Shown piece by piece: positions 10,445 to 21,493 of a DNA stretch of 52,199 nt. Location: NCBI GenBank assembly GCA_001600695.1, contig BCKQ01000001.1, positions 1,616,258 to 1,668,456 on the forward strand, read 5' to 3'. The number at the start of each line of letters is the position of its first letter. Positions within the stretch are counted from its first letter, which is position 1. The translations under genes and the position numbers were made by a program. The DNA comes from Ascoidea asiatica JCM 7603. Lineage: Eukaryota > Fungi > Ascomycota. The notes beneath the pieces were generated by a model. It was not told the origin of the DNA. It searched no databases and saw only the letters and a program-made list of their open reading frames with translations.

Positions 10445-13400
10445 TTAGTCGCTATCGGAACCAGAACAATCAGTACCACTTTCATAATGATGGAATTCAT
10501 TTGAACCTCCACCTTGGACATGAATTGATTCAATAGTCACTTGAAATCCCTCTTTTTCAAAAAATTTCTGAAATTCTTCACCTTTTGTAGGATTACAACA
10601 TACAAAAATCATTGAACTCGTTGGTTCGAATAATGGTTTGAAATATTTCTTGAAAACTTTTAATAAGTCTTCTTTTGTAATTTTTCTAAAGTCCCTCATG
10701 TAATGAGTATTGAAATCAGATCCCCTTTCTTTTAAATAAAGATTAACAAATTTTTGATTTGCTGCAGAGAATGTATTGTTTGCTTCAGTTGCAATTCCAT
10801 TGACTATGGCACTCATTGCACCATTAATAATAATTGGATCAAGTTCAAGTTTACCTAAACAAATATCATTGACCAATTCTTTGGCAACCTCATAAGCCTT
10901 AACACCATCTGAACCTCTGTATATACTGAAAATAAGGTGACCCATTTCAATACTTCTATGAATATTAGCACCGTATGCTAACCCTGTACCTCGGATACCT
11001 TTCCAAAATGGACCTTCAACTGATTGCAAATATTCACAAGCAAGAGAAATTGCAGGAATATCTTGATCATTATAATAAATTGGCATATTGGGTGAAACAA
11101 CTTTCATATAAGCGGATTCACTTCCTGGGGCCATAACAATAAAAGATTTTGCATTACCTGTTTTTCCGATTTCTGAACGTAAAAAGGCTGAACGTTGAAT
11201 TGGTACTAAGTCTGAGGATATATTTGAATTACTGAATAATTTTTCATTCTTATGATCAAAATCCTTCCAAGCAGTTATAGGATTTTCGATACTAGAAATG
11301 TCACCTGAAACAAAAACTCTCATATTATTCAAAGAAAAAACAGTTTTTCTAAACTGTTCTAACTCTACCAAAATTTCTGAATACCTTCCATTATCTATTT
11401 TCTCTAATGTCTCATTCAAAAACTCTTCTCTGATTATAACGTCGGCAGCTCTTGTCAATGATTCATCAGTCAAACAGAATTTGTCATAAAAAGTTTCAAC
11501 TAAAGTATCCCCTGATCTTTTATAATCAGGTAAACTCTTTATAATCTTTTCAAAAAAAATTCGAATTCTTTGCTCATCAAAAACTGTATTCCACATAAGC
11601 TGCTTTATCCACCGAATTGCTTTATGATAATTTTCTTTTTTGACAACAAAGGAAGCCTTGAAAAGTTCGTTGAAATCACTATAATGTGCAGCTAAAGATG
11701 TATCAATACAATCTTCTTTGAGTCCTGAAACAACTTCTTCAAATGACAAAGTAGTCCCGTCATCCAATTTCATAGGTAAAGAAGTAAGTTCGTCAAATAT
11801 GCATCCATATTGAAGTAATTTTTTGGGAACTGATAAAGATGAAAATAAAACATTTACTTTTAAAAATTGACTTGAAAAGTGCTCAAAATGAAACTTAATT
11901 GGAAAATTTTCCGGTAAGTTGGACATAACTTTTTTATATGTCTCAGAGTTTTTATTATCATTGAAGGAATCTGTGAAAGTGGAAATACTTTCTGTTTTGA
12001 TAAATTCTATTTTAGAAGGGTCAGGTTCTGGAAAGTCTAGAATAATGTCATTTGGAATTGGCTTATTATTATGGTCTTCAGCTTTTCTTAATTTATCTTG
12101 TAACTTTTGTAAACCGTCTTCACCCAAGGCTTTGATTCTATTTTCAACCCGTTCTTTATCCTCAAGCTTCTTTTGATTATATAATTTTTCAGAAGGTTTA
12201 ACCAATACAGTCACTGAATGATTGTCAATAAACTTAGATCGAATATATTCAATCCATTGGCCTGAAGACCAAGATAACAATGTGTCATATTCATTTAAAT
12301 CATAACACCACTTTTTCAATGACGTATTATCTTCATTTCCATATAAAAAATCCTCAATTACTGTGTCCCTAATCAAACCAGAAGACTTTTCACAATTGAA
12401 AACAAACTGAAGTCTTTCACTTCTCAAAATTGTTTTCATTCTCTGCAATTCAAAATTTTCTAGAGAACAATGTTTTGCCAAAACTTCAAAAAATTTGGGT
12501 TTAATTTCACCAACCCTTTCTGTAGGAACCCCTCTAAAATTTAATAAGTAAGAAATTACTGAATAAGCATTTTCTTCAAAAGAAACATCAAAAGCAAGTG
12601 GATCATCAATCTCAACAAAGTTCATGTAAAGCAAGGATATCGAAGATTCAGACAAATATGTTAAAATCATTGAACAGGCGAGTCTACCTAAAGATTTTTC
12701 TATGGGGTCCATTATCCAGGAGATATAAACTTCACCTGTTGACTCGTCCTTATCTGGAAATTCTACTTCTTTGGTCATACTTTCTTTCAAAGGCTTAATC
12801 AAATTTTTACCAGAAAAAGGTCTTCTGACTGGAGTATCTGGTAAAGGGGGTAATTCATCGTCAAACTTAGTCATTGAAGCTAAAAAATCAGATTCATCAA
12901 TAGATCCAGAAACTATTACGCATAAATTATTTGGTCTATAAGAAGCATTGTGAAAGTTTCTAATTTTTTCATTAGTCAAAGTTCTTAAGTTTTCCATCAA
13001 GCCGCCTGTTTCAGAAGCAAAAGGTGATCCTTCTCCAAAAATGTTTCTGTTGGAAGATAAATACCCAGCAAACCAAGAAGAATTTTCGATTCCTTGCATT
13101 TCGGAATAAACGACACCTTTATCTTCGCCTTTTCCATCAATATGATATACCTCCGTATAGCAACCTTCATCTGTTAGAGTTGGATTCAAAATGTGGTCGA
13201 GATAAGCTGGAAGAAGCTGGTTGAAACCTTCCGATCCAGCACCCTTTAAAGTATAAACAGTTTGATCTGTCGCTGTCCAAGCATTTGTAGACGAGTAAAA
13301 CCGATTAGCTAATGTATCCAATAAACCTTTCCATGGAAACTTCTTTGAACCAAAAAATACTAAATGTTCGAGAGTATGAGGTGCACCTGAATCATCATTT

Positions 13401-13543
13401 ATTTCAGTTGCGACGCAAAACGAACCATCAACAATTGGAGATTTCCTGTTTATAACCACAGCCTGCAATCCTGTTCTTCTTGAGATCCATTTTTTCACGC
13501 CATAAGAGGCATAGCTGAGTTTAAATGATGAAACGCACTCCAT
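10445..13543 (-). CDS. SDD3: M16-family zinc metallopeptidase (YOL098C/Sdd3-like)
   Basis: Inverted zincin HxxEH in GAPHTLEHLVF; TNAWTATDQTVY, GVVYSEMQG, IRGTGLAYG; 1032 aa. Confidence 0.85.
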   Translation of the reverse strand: MECVSSFKLSYASYGVKKWISRRTGLQAVVINRKSPIVDGSFCVATEINDDSGAPHTLEHLVFFGSKKFPWKGLLDTLANRFYSSTNAWTATDQTVYTLKGAGSEGFNQLLPAYLDHILNPTLTDEGCYTEVYHIDGKGEDKGVVYSEMQGIENSSWFAGYLSSNRNIFGEGSPFASETGGLMENLRTLTNEKIRNFHNASYRPNNLCVIVSGSIDESDFLASMTKFDDELPPLPDTPVRRPFSGKNLIKPLKESMTKEVEFPDKDESTGEVYISWIMDPIEKSLGRLACSMILTYLSESSISLLYMNFVEIDDPLAFDVSFEENAYSVISYLLNFRGVPTERVGEIKPKFFEVLAKHCSLENFELQRMKTILRSERLQFVFNCEKSSGLIRDTVIEDFLYGNEDNTSLKKWCYDLNEYDTLLSWSSGQWIEYIRSKFIDNHSVTVLVKPSEKLYNQKKLEDKERVENRIKALGEDGLQKLQDKLRKAEDHNNKPIPNDIILDFPEPDPSKIEFIKTESISTFTDSFNDNKNSETYKKVMSNLPENFPIKFHFEHFSSQFLKVNVLFSSLSVPKKLLQYGCIFDELTSLPMKLDDGTTLSFEEVVSGLKEDCIDTSLAAHYSDFNELFKASFVVKKENYHKAIRWIKQLMWNTVFDEQRIRIFFEKIIKSLPDYKRSGDTLVETFYDKFCLTDESLTRAADVIIREEFLNETLEKIDNGRYSEILVELEQFRKTVFSLNNMRVFVSGDISSIENPITAWKDFDHKNEKLFSNSNISSDLVPIQRSAFLRSEIGKTGNAKSFIVMAPGSESAYMKVVSPNMPIYYNDQDIPAISLACEYLQSVEGPFWKGIRGTGLAYGANIHRSIEMGHLIFSIYRGSDGVKAYEVAKELVNDICLGKLELDPIIINGAMSAIVNGIATEANNTFSAANQKFVNLYLKERGSDFNTHYMRDFRKITKEDLLKVFKKYFKPLFEPTSSMIFVCCNPTKGEEFQKFFEKEGFQVTIESIHVQGGGSNEFHHYESGTDCSGSDSD

Positions 13544-14066
13544 CTTAGCAATCCATGTACCTATCTTAAAAGAAAAAGTTTTTTAAATAAACCTTTATTT
13601 TTTTGCGAAACCAATAAATAGTTTGAAGAATAAAATGCTTAATTAGCATAAAAACTCTTATCATAAGAGACGGACCCACAAAAATAAACATGGTATGTTG
13701 ATCACGTGTTAGCCCTCAAAATTGAAATGTTTTGACGAATTTGTCTTACAGTTGAACAAATAATGTGAATAATTGAGCATGTCTCACTCTTCAACTACAA
13801 CACAGAAAATTAGCACTTTTGAAAATTCTTCAAATAACCGATCATACGCTATGGCTAAAAAAAAGACTATAAAATTGTTATCTAGGGTTTAAAGTATACT
13901 TTAATATTTGTATATTTTTTTTCCACTTTATGGTTTTGGAATCAATGAACAATAGATGAAATTTAAATATTTTCCTTTCGAAACAGAAATCTTACTTGTT
14001 GTAAATATTTTATTATATAATAATGCATTATTTAGATAGAAATACAGCTTCTAATAACTTGTTTGA

Positions 14067-15104
14067 TCAGCGCCTTCTACTTTTACCAAGTCTTTTAGGA
14101 TTTCCTTTCATTTTTCTTGCTGAAAAATCGGATATATCAGCACTACTCTCGGCTGTGTTTTTTCTTTTAAATCGTTTCATACCTCCAAATCCATACTTAG
14201 CATCTTTTCCTGCTCTTTTGGGGTTGACTTTGTTTCTTTTATTACCAAATTTTTTTGAATAGTCTTCAGTAGAAGCAGTAGCTTCTTCAATTCCAATGTC
14301 AAAATCATCGGTTGTTATTTCATTTGACTGTCTTTTCTTTTTCAATGTTTTAATTTTTTCTAGTGTATCTCTCTTCTGTTTTTGACGTCCTTGTAAAGTC
14401 GCAACTTGAACTTGTTTACCAAATTTTTTCAAATTTCTTTGTCTTTTGGCTTCTTCTGAAGCTTTCTTTGCTTTTTCTTCTTCAATAAGTTTCTTTTTAA
14501 GTCTATTCATATGTTCATCGCTTTTTATCATTTCAGCAAAATAATCGTTTGGCCTAGAAAATGGAACTTTCAATTTCAAAAGTTTTTTTCGAGCATCAAT
14601 AACAGATAATAATCCTTGTTTATAAATGGCTTTTTCCCTTTCGTCATCGTCATAAATATCCCTTATTTCACTTTCAGTCTCTACATTAGACACCACTGAT
14701 TGATGCTCTTGAAAAGTAGATTTGCTCCACTCTATTTGGATTCTGTCAAGTGCTTCTTTTATAAGAGTACTGTTATTAACAGTTAGTTTGGTATGAGGAA
14801 CTATATCTGTATCTGAATCTAATTCGACTTCAGATAGGGCTAAATCTTCTTCACCCTTATCTTCATCTTTTTCAGATGAAGTTTCCTCTGATTCTAAAGC
14901 ATCTTCACTTTGAAATGTTTCATCATTTTCACTATCCGATCCTTCACTATCTGATTCTTCAAGTTTTTTCAAATCTAATTTTTTTGTTTCAGGTTTTATT
15001 GTCTTCTCTTTGAATTCTTTTTTCTCTAATTGTTTTGCTTTACGTCTATCTCTTCTGTTAAGAGGTTTGGATGAGGAAACTTTCAACAATTCATTTTTAG
15101 CCAT
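14067..15104 (-). CDS. EBP2: 60S biogenesis / pre-rRNA processing factor Ebp2
   Basis: PFSRPNDYFAEMIKSDEHM, KKFGKQVQ, KDAKYGFGGMKRFKRKNT, RLGKSRR; RRPE-like TGAAAATTT upstream at 15191. Confidence 0.95.
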   Translation of the reverse strand: MAKNELLKVSSSKPLNRRDRRKAKQLEKKEFKEKTIKPETKKLDLKKLEESDSEGSDSENDETFQSEDALESEETSSEKDEDKGEEDLALSEVELDSDTDIVPHTKLTVNNSTLIKEALDRIQIEWSKSTFQEHQSVVSNVETESEIRDIYDDDEREKAIYKQGLLSVIDARKKLLKLKVPFSRPNDYFAEMIKSDEHMNRLKKKLIEEEKAKKASEEAKRQRNLKKFGKQVQVATLQGRQKQKRDTLEKIKTLKKKRQSNEITTDDFDIGIEEATASTEDYSKKFGNKRNKVNPKRAGKDAKYGFGGMKRFKRKNTAESSADISDFSARKMKGNPKRLGKSRRR

Positions 15105-15418
15105 TCTAAAATTAATACTAATTTAAGTATTTAAGGATTTAATCTTATAGATTTTTTTGTTTGATTTCTAAAGTATTTTTTTTTTACAGTTGAAAATTTC
15201 AAATATTTTTTTAAAAAATAATCCAACTGCATTGAATCCACAAATCTGGTTTTTGGAGTTATACGTCTATTCGCATAAATATAATTACCAGTAGTACGGT
15301 GCTAACAATGAGACCAATCTAACGGAATTATTGAATGTTGGTTGAATAACTGGAAAACAATTGTCAAGTTTCAAATTTCGTGGAAAAAGCTGAAATTTTA
15401 AATTCAACACAATATAAT

Positions 15419-15508
15419 ATCACGTGTATATGTTGAGGGCTGTAAAATACTTTTTTCTCAGTCATTTTCAAATTTCTTCAAAGAGCCCTTGTATCCGTAC
15501 AACTAGGG
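15419..15508. promoter_or_regulatory. EBP2/RPL17 divergent promoter with Cbf1, Tbf1-like and Rap1-like motifs
   Basis: ATCACGTG 15419-15426, GAGGGCT 15435-15441, AGCCCT 15484-15489, TCCGTACA 15494-15501, TAGGG 15504-15508. Confidence 0.5.
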
Positions 15509-15648
15509 AAATTTTCTGGTGGAAACTTTTGCTTACTTTTCAAAAACTAATATTTGGAAAATGAAAATATTAAATTAAAAGAATCTAAAAACTAAGTAGT
15601 AACAAAGTAAAGAAGTAGTAAAAAAAAAAAAAATTATAGAATATCAAA

Positions 15649-16400
15649 ATGACTCGTTACGGTGCAGTTCCATCAAATCCAGCTCGTTCAGCAGCTGCCA
15701 GAGGTGCTTATATTCGTGCTTCTTTTAAAAATACCAGAGAAACAGCTCAAGCTGTTAATGGATGGCCATTAGAAAAAGCTCAAAAATACTTAAAACAAGT
15801 TTCTAATCATGAAAGAGCTATTCCATTCCGTCGTTACAATTCTTCAATTGGTAGAACTGCTCAAGGTAAAGAATTTGGTGTTACCAAAGCAAGATGGCCT
15901 GTTAAATCTGTCAAATTCATTCAAGATTTATTAACCAATGCTGAATCAAATGCTGATGTATGTATACGAGTACCTCTACTTAATAATTAATAATTTGTGG
16001 ATTTAGGAATTTTTGTTTTAATGGAACCTCTTTTTCTAAAATATCATATCTTGTTAATTAATGACGGGAAGCATTTTTTTCTCTTATTCTCACGATGAAA
16101 CAACTATCAAAGCTTAACTACAATTTACTAACAATTTTTTTTTTTTTAAAATAGGCCAAAGGATTAGATACCACAAAATTATACATTTCTCACATTCAAG
16201 TAAATCAAGGACCAAAACAACATCGTCGTACTTTCCGTGCTCATGGTAGAATTAATAAATATGATTCTTCTACTTGTCACATTGAAATAATTTTAACTGA
16301 AAAAGAAGAAGAAATCGAAAAAGCTCCAGAAAAGGCTGTGGCTAGATTATCATCTCGTCAAAGAGGTAGATTAGCTGCTCAAAAACGTCTTACTGCTTAG
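15649..16400 (+). CDS. RPL17: 60S ribosomal protein L17 (uL22); exons 15649-15957 and 16155-16400, 184 aa
   Basis: Exon 1 contains [10 protein letters not shown] and ARWPVKS; after splicing the frame continues [36 protein letters not shown] to TAG at 16398-16400. Confidence 0.97.
15958..16154 (+). other. Spliceosomal intron of RPL17 (197 nt, phase 0)
   Basis: GTATGT donor at 15958, TACTAAC at 16126-16132, T-tract, TAG acceptor ending 16154; splicing restores the frame. Confidence 0.95.
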
Positions 16401-16624
16401 TTTTGCAGTTCTACATATATAATATAAATAGAACTAATAAAATATCAGTAATATCAATTCTTTTTGTTCATTGAATTTATCATTCAAGATATTGGGCATC
16501 AACTACATTGTGAACGTTTTTAAAAAATAAACAATGAAATAAATAATTATACAATTGAATTTACATATAAAAGAAGCTTTTGTGTAAAGAAATAAAACTA
16601 GAAAAAGAACCGTAAAATCATTAG

Positions 16625-19600
16625 TTAGCCATTGAAAAACTTATAAAGGCTAGGTGTAGTTACACTCACCGGTTCTAATTCATCATCTTCATCTTCTGAA
16701 TTAATATTATTAGAAGTCTTGGTTATTCCTTCGTGGAAAATTGAGTATTTAACAGGATTTATGAGAGAGTTTTGAGCCTCCAATAAAAGCTCTTCAGCGT
16801 TTCGTATTTTGATAGAAATATCTGATTCATCTAAATTGGTAGTTTCTTTTTTCAATGTTGTAGCATCCTTTAGAATAGAAAGAGCATTGTTTAATTTGTT
16901 TGTGATAATAGAATTATTTTTAGCTAAACTCAATGAATTCAAGCACACTTCTTGTTGAAACTTTTGTAGAGATTTTTTTTCATATTCTAGCTCTTTTTCG
17001 CAAATTCTTAATTTTTCAAGTTTAAGATTCACTTTAGAGAATTGACGATTCACCAACTTTATGATAAGTTTATGCATTTCACGTTCTTCGTACTTTGCAA
17101 AGACATGGGACCTTGCTGCTGTAGATCCTAAGGCCATGGTCGTACCTTCTTTTATGTAATCTAAAGGATCAGTTCTCACTGTTTCCTTTGATTCTTCAGG
17201 TTTAGAGTTTGAAGCTATGACTTCAGTTTCTTTACCATCTTTTAGTTCAACACCTTGGTCTTTTGTTGAGGATTCATTGCTAGATTTCCCAGGTGGTTTA
17301 GATTCTCCTTTGGAATTTATCAGAACTTTAGCATCTTGGACGGATTCTTCCAGAGAACCAGAAGTTGTGCCTTTATTCTTTTTTTCATCTTTTTTGGTTA
17401 TATCTTTTACATTTTTAGCACCAGATTTTCCCCTCGTATTTTTGTTAGGTTTATCTCCATCTTTTAATTTATCTATTAATTGATCTTCTATGACATTAAT
17501 TGATCTCGTTGAAGCTGCCTTCACAACATCTGGGTCCACCATTTCACAAAGATAAGATATAGCAGTTAAAACCGGATTATCTATTGGACTGAAAGGAATA
17601 TATGGAGCATATTTTAATGGGCCTAAAATTTCAGGGTTTTTTTCTAAATAAGGATCTTCAATAGGAAGTTGTAAAAATCTTAATATACATTGCTCTGGAG
17701 TTTTAGTTCCAACTACTTCAGAAACTTTATACCAATTATTTCGATGAGTTTCAACAGCCTTTAATAAATGTTTAAGCTCCTTATTAGTCCAATTTGACAT
17801 GCTGTTTTTATCAAGAGTTATTTTAGGTAATTGAGGTACCTCTTTGCGCTCGGAATTTGTAGTAATTGTTTCATCATCAGTTGATGCTTTCTTTACATTA
17901 ACAATATTCTTGCCATTTTCATTTACTTCCTTTGTTTTAGTTGTCAATTGAGCCTTTACTTCTTTGGATTCTGGGTCTTTTGATAGGGGTGCAGGCAGTC
18001 CATTTTGCTGCTGTTCTTTCAAAGTAATGGAGCCATCTATTTTTCTTTTCTTTGAATTAAGATCTTTTGAGATTGAATCATTTGCTGCCCGTTTTAGTGC
18101 ATTAGAATCCTTTGATTTTTTTTGGGTTGCTGCAGATGGCTTATTTTTTGTGATATCACTTTCTTCTTTGATCTTGAGAAGCTGCTTTAGTTTTTTGAAA
18201 TTTCCTTCAGAATCTTTTGGTAATTCATATGGTTGAAAAGGAAACAATCCTCTTGGTGTATCAATCTCGGTTTTGAAATGATCTGTTAATGGTGGCTCGA
18301 CGTTCCTAACCACAGACTCAGGAGCTATTTGATAATTTATAAGACCCCATTTGCCTAAAAACCTATGAACTCGTAATATTGCACCGACGTCACCCACTAA
18401 ATTTCTACGGCATGCCGTAACAGTCAAATATTCACTTGGGTTTAATCTGTACGTATTGATCATGAAGTTCCTATATTTGATATACACTAAAGGAGTTTTA
18501 GACTTACTTGAGTTGTTAAAAAATTCTGGAACCGATTGTATTTCAATTTTATTGATTTTCTTGAATTTAAACCATGTAACATACGATGGTATAACAGTTG
18601 CATGGGTTTGAGGTATTACTGGAATATCATCATCAGGCTCTTCTGCAAGTGGAAAGCCATCATCGTCCATATTTACTTCATCTTCGGCCTCCAAAGAATT
18701 TTCAGTTTTGGAAATATTTTGTGATTTTAAGGATTCTTCAACTATATTTATAGAGCCAATATTAGTATATGAGTTTTGGTTCAAAATATTAGATGAGTTC
18801 ACATTTGCTTTCTCGAATTTATTAGAAATATTTACCAGAGATGGTTCAGTTAACTGATGACCCAAACTTTGGGCAATATTAGCAGTAGGTATGGGTATAA
18901 CAGTCTGAGATCTGACAGTTGGACTAGATGAAATCACAGAAGGAGGTAGAGACCGAGCCTTTGAAGTATTATCGCCCATATCATTAACAATACTGGAATT
19001 TAAAGGTCTGTAAGGCTTTGGAGCGTGAGACTGATTTAAAGATTGAGTTTGTTGAATATGGTTTTGAAGATGGGGCTGAACTTGTCCATGACGTGGAGAC
19101 ATTTGTGGTTGCTGGTTGCCATAAAATCCTTGCTTTGAATGATTTTGCTGATGGCTAGTATAGTGATTGATTTTGTTGTTATTCATGGAAATAGAAACAT
19201 TATTATTTCTAAGACTGGTAGGAATAGTATTGCTATTTCCAGTATTATTGGACGATGCTGCAATTCCGTTATTATTTATAGTGATGCCTGAATTAATTTT
19301 TAAAGTGGAAGTATTTACTGAGTTGTTGGGAGTTGAAATTGAAGGATTATTTAATGAGTAATTCACCATAGGTTTGCGAGGTAAAGATGGAGGAAGACCT
19401 ACTGACTTGCTAGTTTTATTTCTGGATTGAAAATTTTGATTAGAAGTGTTTAAGATAGAGCCATTAAGATAACTTTTATGCTGCTGATGATTTATATCAG
19501 TTTTGTGAATATTATTGTTGTATGAAGTTTTAATATTTGTACTTTCTCCGGACTTTATTTGGCCATTAATTTTTGAATCATGGGTTGAAAAGACAGTTCT

Positions 19601-21493
19601 AGATTTGGAGAAATGGTTTTCATTTAAGGAATTTTTATTAAGATCTGGATTCAATCTATTCGTATTCTGATTTTGATTCTGGCTATAACTTGGGCTGATA
19701 GTATGATTATTGTTTTGAATTTGTTTCTGAAGTGTAGAATTTATTTCATGAGAATTTCCAAATCTATTGATTGAAGAATTTGTGTTGAAATTATTAATAG
19801 AAATTCCAGTTCCAATATCATTATTACGTACATTATAGTTATCAGGATGATTTGAAGAAATATTATTGAAAGCTGGTTTAGCTTCTCTTTTGCTTAAATT
19901 TACTTCAGAATTAGAAATATTTATACTTGAATGAGAGTTAGAATTAATTGGTGAAATATCTGATTCATTCCCCGAAAAGTTTTTTGATGAATTTTTATTT
20001 TTTTGGTGTTGATTTGATTCCTTAGAGAATTCTTTTGAATTTTCAGTTTTTGTATTATTTACTTCAACTTCAGATTCTAATCCTAAATTTTGATTATCAG
20101 TTCTAAACGGGCTTGAAACACTCACCTGTTTAATTATATTGGGATTGAGTTGGCTTGGGTTATTATTAAGATAAGTTTTATGTACTTGCTGGTTATGTGT
20201 CGTACTAATTATATCAAGCATTATTGTGTCCTTAGGTTCATTGGGATTTACCTTGGTGTCTTTTTTGATATCATCTTGGTTATTTATTCGAATTTCTTTG
20301 TCCTTAGAGCTATTATCTTGTTCTAAATGAGCATCGGAAGATATAGTTGGTGGCAATCCGGAGCTTGAAACATTTGCCTCGACATTAATTGAGCTTTCTT
20401 TTTTTTTTTCCTCTGTTTTTTCTTCTATTTCAGTGACTTTTTGATCTTTTGTATTTTCTTTAGTAAGAATATTGCTATTAACATTAGAATCATTCATTAT
20501 TACATCTTTATCAGCATCAAATTCTAAATCATTGTTCGAAAGAATTTTTTTTTGAACCTCCGGTATTAAAGTAATCTTAGAGGTAGATTCTTTAACTGAA
20601 GATCCTGGCAAGGATATAGTTTCATTGAGCTTAGGTTTGGAATTTTCTATAGCAGAATCAATTTTAGGTAAAGTTGAAGGTTTTGGGTCATTGTCTGATT
20701 TTGAAGTAGGCACTGAATTTAAATCGGATGAGTATAAGTTCATAGAAGGATTGGAAGAAGTGAATTGAGGATCTATATTTATATTATCAGAAGTTGACTG
20801 TGATAAAGGAGCGGTATCTATAGATATTTCACTTATGGGTTTAGTTTCCATTGGTTTACTAGTAGGTGTAATTATAGGTTTATTATTAATTTCCAATTTT
20901 TGATTATTTAGATTTTCTTCAATTATCTGATTTATTGATTCTTTCTCATTTTCAGTATTTTTTTGAGTATTAGCGTCTAATTTTTTTGGTTCATAACCAT
21001 TTAGAAGTTCTTTGCTATTCGAAATTTTATTATTTTCATGATTTTCATGATTTTCATTATTTCCATTAAACGCGCTATTAATATTATTAGTTTTAGAGTT
21101 TATAGAATTATTCTCTATAGGTACTTTTGATTGATTAGAATTTATTTCAATATTATCTTTTGGAATGATTTCCTCTTTTTTTTCAAAGTTTGTAGATTGA
21201 TTTATATGTATTGTATTATTCTCTTCATCTTTCATATCATTTTTTTCATCATTATCATTTTTATCTTTAATGTTATTTATGTTTTTTATATCATTTTTAA
21301 CACTAGCATCATTTATTTCGATTTTTTTATCTTTTTCATCTTTTTCATCTTTTTTATTTTGTTCATTTTGCTCATTTTGAATTTTATTTATGTCATCAAT
21401 ATTATCATTATTATTATTATCATTATCATTTATAGCCTTTTTATTCAGATTAATGGATGTTGATTCTTTTGAAGGATCCAATTCTGAGGACAT
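16625..21493 (-). CDS. SWI3: SWI/SNF subunit Swi3 (SWIRM + SANT + leucine zipper) with a very long N-terminus
   Basis: IPQTHATVIPSYVTWF, YRNFMINTYRLNPSEYLTVTACRRN, WGLINYQ, SANT ...KTPEQCILRFLQLPIED, EEREM; adjacent to RPL17 as in S. cerevisiae. The paralog RSC8 is less likely. Confidence 0.88.
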   Translation of the reverse strand: MSSELDPSKESTSINLNKKAINDNDNNNNDNIDDINKIQNEQNEQNKKDEKDEKDKKIEINDASVKNDIKNINNIKDKNDNDEKNDMKDEENNTIHINQSTNFEKKEEIIPKDNIEINSNQSKVPIENNSINSKTNNINSAFNGNNENHENHENNKISNSKELLNGYEPKKLDANTQKNTENEKESINQIIEENLNNQKLEINNKPIITPTSKPMETKPISEISIDTAPLSQSTSDNINIDPQFTSSNPSMNLYSSDLNSVPTSKSDNDPKPSTLPKIDSAIENSKPKLNETISLPGSSVKESTSKITLIPEVQKKILSNNDLEFDADKDVIMNDSNVNSNILTKENTKDQKVTEIEEKTEEKKKESSINVEANVSSSGLPPTISSDAHLEQDNSSKDKEIRINNQDDIKKDTKVNPNEPKDTIMLDIISTTHNQQVHKTYLNNNPSQLNPNIIKQVSVSSPFRTDNQNLGLESEVEVNNTKTENSKEFSKESNQHQKNKNSSKNFSGNESDISPINSNSHSSINISNSEVNLSKREAKPAFNNISSNHPDNYNVRNNDIGTGISINNFNTNSSINRFGNSHEINSTLQKQIQNNNHTISPSYSQNQNQNTNRLNPDLNKNSLNENHFSKSRTVFSTHDSKINGQIKSGESTNIKTSYNNNIHKTDINHQQHKSYLNGSILNTSNQNFQSRNKTSKSVGLPPSLPRKPMVNYSLNNPSISTPNNSVNTSTLKINSGITINNNGIAASSNNTGNSNTIPTSLRNNNVSISMNNNKINHYTSHQQNHSKQGFYGNQQPQMSPRHGQVQPHLQNHIQQTQSLNQSHAPKPYRPLNSSIVNDMGDNTSKARSLPPSVISSSPTVRSQTVIPIPTANIAQSLGHQLTEPSLVNISNKFEKANVNSSNILNQNSYTNIGSINIVEESLKSQNISKTENSLEAEDEVNMDDDGFPLAEEPDDDIPVIPQTHATVIPSYVTWFKFKKINKIEIQSVPEFFNNSSKSKTPLVYIKYRNFMINTYRLNPSEYLTVTACRRNLVGDVGAILRVHRFLGKWGLINYQIAPESVVRNVEPPLTDHFKTEIDTPRGLFPFQPYELPKDSEGNFKKLKQLLKIKEESDITKNKPSAATQKKSKDSNALKRAANDSISKDLNSKKRKIDGSITLKEQQQNGLPAPLSKDPESKEVKAQLTTKTKEVNENGKNIVNVKKASTDDETITTNSERKEVPQLPKITLDKNSMSNWTNKELKHLLKAVETHRNNWYKVSEVVGTKTPEQCILRFLQLPIEDPYLEKNPEILGPLKYAPYIPFSPIDNPVLTAISYLCEMVDPDVVKAASTRSINVIEDQLIDKLKDGDKPNKNTRGKSGAKNVKDITKKDEKKNKGTTSGSLEESVQDAKVLINSKGESKPPGKSSNESSTKDQGVELKDGKETEVIASNSKPEESKETVRTDPLDYIKEGTTMALGSTAARSHVFAKYEEREMHKLIIKLVNRQFSKVNLKLEKLRICEKELEYEKKSLQKFQQEVCLNSLSLAKNNSIITNKLNNALSILKDATTLKKETTNLDESDISIKIRNAEELLLEAQNSLINPVKYSIFHEGITKTSNNINSEDEDDELEPVSVTTPSLYKFFNG

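Noticed and set aside
15958-15990. RPL17 C-terminus [10 protein letters not shown] from the ORF track
   Set aside because: Read-through into the intron
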